Part shown: positions 46,298 to 54,511 of the stretch, piece after piece | Layout of the letters: each line of letters opens with the position of its first letter | Numbering within the stretch: the stretch's first letter is position 1 | Source: an uncultured Chromatiales bacterium | Lineage (GTDB): Bacteria > Bacteroidota > Ignavibacteria > SZUA-365 | Direction of reading: 5' to 3' | DNA: 60,130 nt | Assembly: GCA_964635845.1 (NCBI GenBank) | Contig: CAZWNO010000001.1 | Coordinates: 28,623 to 88,752 of the forward strand | Position numbers and translations under genes: made by a program | The notes under the pieces: model-generated | Told to the model about the DNA's origin: nothing | Databases searched by the model: none | The model's input: only the letters and a program-made list of their open reading frames with translations

Positions 46298-46999
46298 TCA
46301 GTCCCTCGAAGTCTTCCGCTTCAGATCCTCGAACTTCAGCAGGAGCAAGGCAAGAAGCGCATCCACTTCCGCCCGCGTGCGAACGTGAAAGGTGACCCAC
46401 TTCATTTTCGTGGAGAGCGTGAAATGTTCGAAGGCCTTGCGGAGTCCGGGGGTGAGCTCCCTGAGCGAGCGGTACCGCTTCTCGTCGTCGATCGGGATGG
46501 AAAGCGTGACCGTGAAAAATCCGCGATAGAAATGCAGCACGCACAGCACGCGGGCGCGGTAGGATGCGCGATAGCCCCAGCCGGTCTCGTTCTCGTACCA
46601 CTGCAGTGCCCAGTTGATGCGCGGTTCCATCAGTTCGAGCCGATGCTCGAAGCGCTTGAGTTCAGCCGCCGGCAGGATGCCCAGCAGCTGGTCGATTTCG
46701 GGACGCGTCGGCGGATGCTTGAAGTCGTTGAAAGGCAGCCGTGCGGGTCCCTGATCCTGGCGCTGCGCATCATCGTCCGTCGCTTCCGGGCGTGTGTGTT
46801 CGTTGCGTTCAGCACCGTGTCCGGATTCTCCCGGGCGCGCGTGTCCGCTGCTCTCCGCATCGTGTCCGGATTCTCCCGGGCGTGTGTGTTCGTTGCTCTC
46901 CGAAAAACGATCGAGAGCTTGCGACGGATGCGAATCCTCGGGACCTTCGGTCCCGGGCGCTCCCTCCCGCGGCGTTTTGCGTTGATACCGTTTCTGCAT
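46298..46999 (-). CDS. DUF3788-like protein with repeat-containing acidic/His-rich N-terminal extension
   Basis: The C-terminal roughly 140 aa (PTRPEIDQLLG..INWALQWYENETGWGYRASYRARVLCVLHFYRGFFTVTLSIP..) resemble DUF3788. The ATG at 46999 overlaps the purC stop (TGATG). Confidence 0.7.
   Translation of the reverse strand: MQKRYQRKTPREGAPGTEGPEDSHPSQALDRFSESNEHTRPGESGHDAESSGHARPGESGHGAERNEHTRPEATDDDAQRQDQGPARLPFNDFKHPPTRPEIDQLLGILPAAELKRFEHRLELMEPRINWALQWYENETGWGYRASYRARVLCVLHFYRGFFTVTLSIPIDDEKRYRSLRELTPGLRKAFEHFTLSTKMKWVTFHVRTRAEVDALLALLLLKFEDLKRKTSRD
46770..46904. repeat. 45-bp in-frame tandem repeat, about 3 copies (15-aa units ..NEHTRPGESGHD/AESSGHARPGESGHG/AERNEHTRPEATDDD)
   Basis: cgtgtccggattctcccgggcg occurs at 46815 and 46860. 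ccgggcgtgtgtgttcgttgc occurs at 46786 and 46877. The period is 45. Confidence 0.75.
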
Positions 47000-47892
47000 C
47001 AATGCGGGAGCTCCTCACCGGTGATGAGCCGGTACGACTCGAGGTATTTTTCCGTCGTGCGGACGATGACCTCGGCGGGCAGCGACGGCGCCGGAGGCGT
47101 CTTGTTCCACTGCACCGATTCGAGATAATCCCGGACGTACTGCTTGTCGAAGCTGGGCTGGGCGTGTCCGGGCTCGTAGCCTTCCATCGGCCAGAAGCGC
47201 GAGGAATCCGGCGTGAGCGCCTCGTCGATGAGGATCAGCTCGCCGTCTTCATCCGTCCCGAATTCGAATTTCGTATCCGCGATGATGATGCCCCGCTCCC
47301 GCGCGTAGTCGCGGGCGAAGCTGTACAAAGCGATGCTCAGGTCGCGCGCCTTCGCGGCGGCTTCGGGTCCGACGATGCCGGCCGCGGCGTCGAAATCGAT
47401 GTTCTCGTCATGTCCCTCCTCCGCCTTCGTGGAGGGAGTGAACAGCGGTTCCGGCAGCATGGAACCGTCGACGAGTCCCTCGGGCAGCGCGATCCCGCAG
47501 ACGGACTGCGTACGACGGTATTCCTTCAATCCCGAACCGGTGAGGTAGCCACGGACCACGCACTCGATCGCGAGCGGCCGGGTCTTCCGGACGAGCATGC
47601 TGCGTCCCTGCAGTTCCGCCGCATACGGCGCACACGCTGCAGGATACTCATCCACGTTCGTCGCGATCATATGGTTGCGGACGATCCGTCCCGTGCGCTC
47701 GAACCAGAATTTCGAGATCATCGTGAGGACGGTGCCTTTCATCGGGATGGGATCGGGAAGTACGACGTCGAAGGCCGAGAGGCGGTCGGTGGCCACGATC
47801 AGCAGCGCGTCGCCCAGATCGTACACGTCGCGGACCTTGCCGCGCCGGAACAACGTGAGTCCTTCATAATCCGTACGTGATATCGCCTGCAT
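46999..47892 (-). CDS. purC: phosphoribosylaminoimidazole-succinocarboxamide (SAICAR) synthase
   Basis: The internal ATG gives MQAISRTDYEGLTLFRRGKVRDVYDLGDALLIVATDRLSAFDVVLP. The longer ORF would run through the tRNA terminator. Confidence 0.92.
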   Translation of the reverse strand: MQAISRTDYEGLTLFRRGKVRDVYDLGDALLIVATDRLSAFDVVLPDPIPMKGTVLTMISKFWFERTGRIVRNHMIATNVDEYPAACAPYAAELQGRSMLVRKTRPLAIECVVRGYLTGSGLKEYRRTQSVCGIALPEGLVDGSMLPEPLFTPSTKAEEGHDENIDFDAAAGIVGPEAAAKARDLSIALYSFARDYARERGIIIADTKFEFGTDEDGELILIDEALTPDSSRFWPMEGYEPGHAQPSFDKQYVRDYLESVQWNKTPPAPSLPAEVIVRTTEKYLESYRLITGEELPH

Positions 47893-47932
47893 CGTGTTCC
47901 TCATCGATCTGTTCGTGCTGCCGGAATTCCTC

Positions 47933-47965
47933 GGAAAAAGCAAATCCCTCGGGTCTGAGGGATTT
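47933..47965 (-). terminator. intrinsic terminator after tRNA-Arg
   Basis: On the minus strand, AAATCCCTC-agaccc-GAGGGATTT forms a 9-bp perfect stem followed by GCTTTTTCC, 8 nt after the tRNA 3' end. Confidence 0.7.
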
Positions 47966-47973
47966 GACAGCCG

Positions 47974-48047
47974 CGCGCCCGCAGGGATTCGAACCCCGAA
48001 CCTCCTGATCCGTAGTCAGGTGCTCTATCCAATTAAGCTACGGGCGC
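47974..48047 (-). tRNA. tRNA-Arg (anticodon ACG), 74 nt, CCA not encoded
   Basis: The cloverleaf was folded by hand. The acceptor is GCGCCCG/CGGGCGC, the D-stem GCTT/GAGC, the anticodon stem CCTGA/TCAGG with loop CTACGGA, and the T-arm CGGGG-TTCGAAT-CCCTG. The discriminator is G. Confidence 0.9.
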
Positions 48048-48064
48048 GTCTATTTCAGATTCTA

Positions 48065-48093
48065 AAAATACGGACGGGCGCGGAAAAATGCAA
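48065..48093 (-). promoter_or_regulatory. candidate promoter TTGCAT-17-TATTTT for tRNA-Arg
   Basis: Read on the minus strand: the -35 lies at 48093-48088 and the -10 at 48070-48065. The tRNA 5' end is 17 nt downstream. Confidence 0.4.
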
Positions 48094-48227
48094 GAGGCGG
48101 TCGACGCTGTCTTCGGTCCACCACGCCCACCGGATCGGCCGCATGCCATGAAACAGCTATTGCCGAAAATGGAGCGGCCCGAAACACTGGAGTGATCAGG
48201 CCGTCGCACAATACCATAATGACGCGT

Positions 48228-51200
48228 TCAACGCATCAACATCATCTTCCGCTGTGTTACTCCTTTATCCGTGGTGAGGCGGGAGAAATACAGTCCGCTC
48301 GGCAGCGCGCCCGCGCGCAGCACCGCCGAATGCACACCTCGGTCGTAATCCGCGTCCGTGACCACCGCCACTTCCCTGCCCATCGCATCGTAGATGGCCA
48401 GACGCACGTGCGACGCCTCGCCGAGCTTGAAGGTGAAGGAGGTGACATCGGTGAAGGGATTCGGGTAGTTGGGCCAGATCTCGATGCCGTCCGGCAGCAC
48501 GCGCTCCATGATACTTGATCGTTCACCCGTCTTCGGGATGGACCTGCCCGGCATCACCGGGGTCAAACCGCTGTACAATCGGGGGTACAACGCAAAGAGC
48601 GGAAGCCAGGTCGAATCATTTCCGACAATCGATGCCAGGGTGTCCAGTGCGCGTAACCCATCCGCATAACCGCCATGATATACGAACGGACGGTACAAGG
48701 CGCTGCGAATCAGCTGTTCCCTCTTCAGATACGGCGCGCCTTCGAAGCTGTAGGTCTCGATGATGTCGAGCGCGTCATCGAACTTCGAGATCTCCGCGAG
48801 GAGATCGGCGGCGACGAGCTTGAACCGGATATCCGGGTGCAGAAGGAAAGCGAGGACGAGCGTGTCCCGCAGTTGCTCGAGATCCGGGTAGTGAGAGACC
48901 GCGCGCTGCAATGTGTACACCGTCGCAAGATCCAGAGTCGCGCGATTCTGTCCGCTCACCCGCTGAGCGATCAATTGCCGTGCGTTCGCGAAATTGCTGT
49001 CGCCGATGGCCTGCGCGAGGAGGTTCCTGAACGTATTGCCCGGGGGCGGGGACATGCTCTTGGTCAGCGCTCCCCCGCCAGTGCCGCCAGTGAACGGCAC
49101 GTCGCATGTATCCAGCGTGCTGTCGGCATTCACCGAGCCATAGCGGTTCAGTGGCGTCGGTTCCCAATAGCTGCCGACGGCGGTGATGCCTTGCGGACCG
49201 CCGCCCCATGCATGGTACCCATTCGGGTAATCCTGCAGGATGAAGCAGTTTCCTGATCCGATGTCTGTCTTGGTACATCCGAAATCGATGAAGCCCAGCG
49301 AATCCGTCGCGAGCACGGTCGAGACCGCATCGACCTTGTTTCGCGCGGGACTGGTTTGCGTGGAGACCAGGCCCGCACGCGCGACAATTCCCAGGCCGAA
49401 ATCCGTCAGGGTGCTGCCATCCATGTAGGCGCTGCCGGTTCCGTGCATGTCAATCCCCGTACTCCAGACAGGAGAGGAATAAGACGCGGAAGCCACGTCC
49501 TCATTGAACGACGAACTGTATCCATCCAGCCAGGCATATCCATAGATGCAATTCACGGCGGTCGTTCCGTTCGAGATAAGAGTACCGCCGAGATTGCACA
49601 GCGCGTAATGGGCGTTGTCTATCCGCGTAGCTTCGATACTGACGAGACCGCCTGATCCAGCCACGACGGAGGAGGCATCAACCTGGCAATCCGTGAGATA
49701 AACCGTGCCGTCGTTCCGCGCCTGGATCCCCATCCATGTCTCGTTCGAAGGACCGAAGGTCGAGCCCCATGCGATGAAGTAGCCCTCGACGGAGATTCCC
49801 TTCCCGGGGGCGAAAAGGTGATTGTTGATAGTGGTGAAGCTGACATTCGCCCCCGGTGTGACGTAGATATTCCCGGGGAGAATCTCCGGAATATGTTCAC
49901 GCGGCGTTTCGACGAGCTCGAGCCGGTAGAGCCCCGCCTCCCCCGGTGCCAGATAATCGGTAAAGCCGTTCGCGGTTGAGTAGGTTGAGTAATTGTAGGG
50001 ATTGGATGTGGGCTGGACGATCCAGATGTCGCCTGTCACGACATTTGTCACCATCCATTGGGTAAGTTCGGCATCGGATGGTTCAAGTTTGACCGTGATG
50101 TGCCGGTGTCCCTCGGTCGGGTGCGTGCGGCCGTTGAGGACAAAGAGATAGGGAATGCTGGTGAGAGTGTCTTCGAACTCGCTGACGATCACGAAGGTCG
50201 AATCCTCCGGGTCGAATGAATCCGTCCCGTCCTGCCGAATGCTCAAAACCTCGTTTACCAGGTCGTTTTCCCCCGCGTCCGGATAGCCGCGAATGCTCCA
50301 GATTTTCAAATCCTTCCAGAGCAGGTCCTCCTGGATGATGTCGGCCACCGGCCGGAGGAAGTTGTTGATGTATGTCGCGGTCGAGTCCCATTTGCTCTCG
50401 CCGTTCCAGTCACAGCGGCGTCGTACAAGGCTGCTGTCTAGGTAGCCCATCGTGCCGGCGTTCATGTCGATGTCTCCCCCGGTCTGCGGGTGGAGCAATG
50501 AATCGTCTACCCATTGCTGCCTTGTCTCGGGCCACCATGGATTGATCGAGTGCTGGCTCGGGGCGGAGACGAGGGCATAGATCATCACACCGTCGGCATC
50601 GTTGGCCAGGGCGATGTTGCACTGATGACGGAGTTCCGCCGCGGTGGGCTCGCGCAGCCAGTCACCGTCATTCCACGCCGCGCCGGAATCGGCGCGGTAG
50701 AGATTCGTGTGGTTCTGCACGAAGGGAATCCACGGTTTGATGGTGCTGTACCGCTGCCGCTGTTGCGCATGCTTGCGGTAGATGCGGGCCATGTCCACGA
50801 AGCCGCGTATCGCGTACTGGTTCAAGGAGTCGTAATACTCGATGACATCGATGCCCGGGTACACCGGACGACGGCCGTGCGCGGCGTAGGACATCGTCAC
50901 GGGGTAGGCATAGAAGCCGGAGACGAACCGGCGGTTGAATGCGCCCGAGACATCGGTCGGTTCGCTGTAGCCGGAGGCACAAAACAGCGAGACCGCGCCG
51001 CCGCTGATCGAATCGAGCAGGACCTGCGCGAGCGTGGACACCGGCCAGTTGGAGGAATGCCGTCCCTGCTCGGGACCGTAGAGAAAGCGCATGCCAGGAA
51101 GTACACTCGCGCCGTCGTCGCGCAGCAGGTGATCGGTGTGATTGATGAAGTTGTTCCGTACCGAAGCGTACGCGGGAAACGTGGTATTGAACGTCTCATG

Positions 51201-52370
51201 GTCTGCATGGAGCATGCCAAAGACGCGCGGTGAGCTCAGACAGACCGCGTCGAGCAGGAAGGTGTTGGAGCCCGATCCGTAATGGATGCGCAGGTCGAAG
51301 CCGCGGTAGCGTTCGCTGATGCTGTCGCTGAATGCCCGGTCGTCACCATCTAGTATGCGCTCGTAGCGGATCAGGGTTGTGTCGAGCCAGGGATTGGGAA
51401 ACGGCCCACCAAGCGGACGTTCCACGGCGAAGGTCACGGCCGTATTAAACCCGGTTCGCCGGAGTTCGATTGCGCCGAGCAGGACCTCGATGGGATCCTG
51501 GATGGGATCATGGTTCGCATCGAAGAAATGACGCTCCCTGAGAATGAAGACGATGCTGTCCGGTTCGTTCCGATTGATCGAATCCACGGTCATGATCTTG
51601 ACATACATGAGGGGATTGTCCGATTCGGTCAATGCATAGGGATCGTCGGCTTTCACGGTCACCGAGACGAGATAGAGTCCCGAGGCGCTGCACATGTCGT
51701 GCAGGTTCCTCGATACGTCGACATCGGTCGGCCACCAGTCGCGGAACAGCGAGAGGTCTTCCTTCCGTAGCGAATCGACGCCGGTGATCACACCTTTCCC
51801 CGGCGCCATGCGGATGGCGTTGTAATATGCATCTGGATCGGTCAAGGGAACGGAAAGATTCAGATTGGGATATGGGATCTGGTTGAATTCCATGTCGCGC
51901 ACGAGCCCGTAATCGCCCCTCTGTTCAAAATCCGCATTGAGTCCGGCGGACGGATTGGCTTCGACTTCCGGATGGAACATGATGCGTTCCCCCTTCAGGT
52001 AGGTGTCGATGTCCATGTCGAGCACTGCCATGTCCAGCGGCTGGGCATGCGCTGGAGGATGCGCCACATCACTGAGCTGATGGGTGACGTTAGGTGTGGG
52101 TATCACGAAACCGGCATTGATGGGATAGCTGATCAGCGTGGCGCCGAGTTCGCGTGTCCGCGCGAAGATGGTGTCGCCGACGAAGTTGTAGCGTTCGAAA
52201 TCGGTAACGGGGTTGGAGAGGTATCCCCGGACGTAATGTTGTCTGAAGACGTTTGGATTCCATTCAGGGCCGAAGCCGTGGAAGCCTATGACGAACGGGG
52301 GGGGGGGATTTTGGGCGAACACGTCGGCCGCAAGCATGAGCAGCAACAACGTGAGTAATGTGCGTTTCAT
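48228..52370 (-). CDS. 1380-aa secreted T9SS type-A cargo, function unknown (possible glycoside-hydrolase-like N-terminal half, beta-helix-like middle)
   Basis: Signal MKRTLLTLLLLMLAADVFAQ. The C-terminus is IWPNYPNPFTDVTSFTFKLGEASHVRLAIYDAMGREV...GLYFSRL. A GAGGAG Shine-Dalgarno sits 8 nt upstream. Confidence 0.8.
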   Translation of the reverse strand: MKRTLLTLLLLMLAADVFAQNPPPPFVIGFHGFGPEWNPNVFRQHYVRGYLSNPVTDFERYNFVGDTIFARTRELGATLISYPINAGFVIPTPNVTHQLSDVAHPPAHAQPLDMAVLDMDIDTYLKGERIMFHPEVEANPSAGLNADFEQRGDYGLVRDMEFNQIPYPNLNLSVPLTDPDAYYNAIRMAPGKGVITGVDSLRKEDLSLFRDWWPTDVDVSRNLHDMCSASGLYLVSVTVKADDPYALTESDNPLMYVKIMTVDSINRNEPDSIVFILRERHFFDANHDPIQDPIEVLLGAIELRRTGFNTAVTFAVERPLGGPFPNPWLDTTLIRYERILDGDDRAFSDSISERYRGFDLRIHYGSGSNTFLLDAVCLSSPRVFGMLHADHETFNTTFPAYASVRNNFINHTDHLLRDDGASVLPGMRFLYGPEQGRHSSNWPVSTLAQVLLDSISGGAVSLFCASGYSEPTDVSGAFNRRFVSGFYAYPVTMSYAAHGRRPVYPGIDVIEYYDSLNQYAIRGFVDMARIYRKHAQQRQRYSTIKPWIPFVQNHTNLYRADSGAAWNDGDWLREPTAAELRHQCNIALANDADGVMIYALVSAPSQHSINPWWPETRQQWVDDSLLHPQTGGDIDMNAGTMGYLDSSLVRRRCDWNGESKWDSTATYINNFLRPVADIIQEDLLWKDLKIWSIRGYPDAGENDLVNEVLSIRQDGTDSFDPEDSTFVIVSEFEDTLTSIPYLFVLNGRTHPTEGHRHITVKLEPSDAELTQWMVTNVVTGDIWIVQPTSNPYNYSTYSTANGFTDYLAPGEAGLYRLELVETPREHIPEILPGNIYVTPGANVSFTTINNHLFAPGKGISVEGYFIAWGSTFGPSNETWMGIQARNDGTVYLTDCQVDASSVVAGSGGLVSIEATRIDNAHYALCNLGGTLISNGTTAVNCIYGYAWLDGYSSSFNEDVASASYSSPVWSTGIDMHGTGSAYMDGSTLTDFGLGIVARAGLVSTQTSPARNKVDAVSTVLATDSLGFIDFGCTKTDIGSGNCFILQDYPNGYHAWGGGPQGITAVGSYWEPTPLNRYGSVNADSTLDTCDVPFTGGTGGGALTKSMSPPPGNTFRNLLAQAIGDSNFANARQLIAQRVSGQNRATLDLATVYTLQRAVSHYPDLEQLRDTLVLAFLLHPDIRFKLVAADLLAEISKFDDALDIIETYSFEGAPYLKREQLIRSALYRPFVYHGGYADGLRALDTLASIVGNDSTWLPLFALYPRLYSGLTPVMPGRSIPKTGERSSIMERVLPDGIEIWPNYPNPFTDVTSFTFKLGEASHVRLAIYDAMGREVAVVTDADYDRGVHSAVLRAGALPSGLYFSRLTTDKGVTQRKMMLMR
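52297..52307 (-). repeat. homopolymeric C11 tract (G11 on + strand) in codons 21-25 of the 1380-aa gene
   Basis: The minus strand reads AAT CCC CCC CCC CCG TTC = NPPPPF, immediately after the predicted signal-peptide cleavage site. It is the longest homopolymer I saw in the window. Confidence 0.95.
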
Positions 52371-52396
52371 ATCTTATACTCCTCTGTGAAGTGCAA

Positions 52397-54079
52397 TCAG
52401 AAAAGCATTAGTTTTTGCTGCGCGAGCGTGTTGCCCTGGCGTAGCGAGAACAGGTAGACGCCCGCTGGAAGTGCAGGCAGGGTGAGTGTCAGTGCGGGCG
52501 TCTCGCCCACGAGGTCACAAGTACGCGTCAAGTGCACGCGGCCGAGTATGTCGGCGATGACGATATCGGCGGTTCCCGGCCGTGCCCCTTCGGCGATAAC
52601 ATGAACGCCGCTGCGCCCGGCAGGGAGCGGATTGGGAGTCAGGGTAAGTTTCATCGTGACCGGGTTGGGTGCCGATTCCACAGCCGTGCTCAATTGCCGC
52701 GCTCCCAGCCAGATCTGGAATCGGCAGTTGCTGTATGAGTGGAAACCCTTCCCAAGCGTGATGATATCGTCGTAGCCGTCACCGTTGAGATCACCGGCGG
52801 GGTAAACGCCAATATCCACTTGGTCGCCCTCCGGCGTCGTGCCGAAATAGCCGACGGGCTCACGAAAGAGTGGTCCACCCGGGTAGAAATAATAAGAAGG
52901 CGCACCTGGGAAAAAATACGCGGCCCACGCCATCACCAGGTCGTCCGTGCCGTCGCCGTTCATGTCACCGACCGGACAGGCGATAGTGGGAAAGCGGTCA
53001 CCCATCGCGTATGGTGCGTAGTTCTTGATCGAATCGTTCGGCACGATGCGATCCGGCAGAACGGCCCCCATGCCGCGAAAGAGAAGCGCATTGCCGTATT
53101 CGATGACGAAGGTTTGACCGAGTATATCGTCGTACCCATTCGGATCCACATCCATGATGGCGGATCCGTGTCGTACAGGCACCCAACCATTCGTTCGGTT
53201 GAGCACGCGCTGCGGCCCTTGTACTATCGTCCAGGGATTGCCGAAAAACACGTCCCAATATTCCCCATCCGGCTGCCCCCCTGGGCCTGTTCCGGCGATA
53301 AGGACATCATCATAGCTGTCACCGTTGATATCGCCGACGAGCGCATCAGCTATATAGTCGTGACCTATCGTAAGTGGAATGGGTACTTTGAATTCGGCGT
53401 CAATCACCGCATCCATGGCCGGTCCCCCGAGATACAGCACACCTTTCCAGCGCACCGAATCGCGGGGATCGTTCGCTTTCGTCAGGATGTCGGGCCACCC
53501 GTCCCCGTTGAAATCGAGCGTGATCAACGATCCACGGAACTGATTGATGGTCCTTCCGACCTCGTCATTCGGTGCCCCTTCGATCAGAAGGTCGGGCTCC
53601 CACACAAAGGGTTGTGGTCCTTCCTTCTGCAGGTAGATGCGTACAGCACCACGAAAGTCCGGCAAGTACACGGCCGGCGATCGGTTCTCCATCGCTGTAA
53701 CGATGTCCATTCTTCCGTCGCGGTTGAAATCCGCGGAGGCGATGCCTGCGCTGCCACCGCGCACGACGAACGCTTCCTCATGGTTGAAGGGATTTCCGCC
53801 CAGGAAGATGAATGTCGTGTCCGCGCGGGACGACACGGCGAGATCGTCATAGCCGTCACCGTTGATGTCGCCCAGCGGCGTCGAATACCAGCCGAACCAC
53901 CATATATCGGTTCGGATGACATTGTCCCAGAGCTCCACATGCCAGCCCGGATTGGTGGTTTTCGCGAACGCCTCCTGCGCCCTCGCACAGGGTGAAGCGA
54001 ACAGCGCCGCGAACAGCATCAAGCACAAGCCGACCGGCAACATCAACAGCCGGAAATGCAGCGCATGGTTGCCGGCCAT
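52397..54079 (-). CDS. FG-GAP/VCBS-repeat (integrin-alpha-like beta-propeller) T9SS type-A cargo
   Basis: Six or more D.NGDG.DD repeats (GDINGDGYDDLAV, DFNRDGRMDIV, DFNGDGWPDIL, GDINGDSYDDVLI, GDMNGDGTDDLVM, GDLNGDGYDDIIT). The C-terminus is LTPNPLP...GVYLFSLRQ. A start at 54079 gives the signal MAGNHALHFRLLMLPVGLCLMLFAALFASPCARAQ. An upstream ATG at 54217 has a GGAGG Shine-Dalgarno and cannot be excluded. Confidence 0.8.
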   Translation of the reverse strand: MAGNHALHFRLLMLPVGLCLMLFAALFASPCARAQEAFAKTTNPGWHVELWDNVIRTDIWWFGWYSTPLGDINGDGYDDLAVSSRADTTFIFLGGNPFNHEEAFVVRGGSAGIASADFNRDGRMDIVTAMENRSPAVYLPDFRGAVRIYLQKEGPQPFVWEPDLLIEGAPNDEVGRTINQFRGSLITLDFNGDGWPDILTKANDPRDSVRWKGVLYLGGPAMDAVIDAEFKVPIPLTIGHDYIADALVGDINGDSYDDVLIAGTGPGGQPDGEYWDVFFGNPWTIVQGPQRVLNRTNGWVPVRHGSAIMDVDPNGYDDILGQTFVIEYGNALLFRGMGAVLPDRIVPNDSIKNYAPYAMGDRFPTIACPVGDMNGDGTDDLVMAWAAYFFPGAPSYYFYPGGPLFREPVGYFGTTPEGDQVDIGVYPAGDLNGDGYDDIITLGKGFHSYSNCRFQIWLGARQLSTAVESAPNPVTMKLTLTPNPLPAGRSGVHVIAEGARPGTADIVIADILGRVHLTRTCDLVGETPALTLTLPALPAGVYLFSLRQGNTLAQQKLMLF

Positions 54080-54440
54080 CGCGCTGTCCGCATGCACGAG
54101 CCGGTCGGCATGCAATGCACGACCGGCATGCACCGTGCGCCGAAGCAGACCGTCGGGATAATGAAGTGGAATGCGCCAACCTCCCGGGGGCGCCTTCGCG
54201 TGAAACGGATTCTTCATCGAAACCTCCGCTATTGTTGAACAGAATACGAACCGGCAGCGCCTCAGGCTTGAAGCGCTGTCGCGTGTATCTTCGGAACGGA
54301 TTACCTTCGATCAAATCTTCTTCCGCGGGGGTCAGGCGCGTCCTCCTCCGGCCCGGGCGGGATATTGCTTTTCGCGATTGTACGAAAATCCGAGATTATT
54401 GTCAAATTAAGAGGCAACGGGGAGGAGAGACCTGCACACG

Positions 54441-54469
54441 TTGTATTTCCGCCCTCCCCGCCGTATGTT
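54441..54469 (+). promoter_or_regulatory. candidate promoter TTGTAT-17-TATGTT(TT) for lysS-pcrA
   Basis: Hexamers and spacing were read from the sequence. The ATG is 43 nt downstream. Confidence 0.4.
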
Positions 54470-54511
54470 TTAGATCCGACCGAATCGAAACAGAACAGAC
54501 GAAATTCCTCG

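Noticed and set aside
47933-48227. tRNA-Arg as the attachment site of a genomic island or prophage
   Set aside because: There is no integrase, excisionase or phage gene on either side. I did not spot a direct repeat of the tRNA 3' end in the window. The flanks are purC and T9SS cargo genes.
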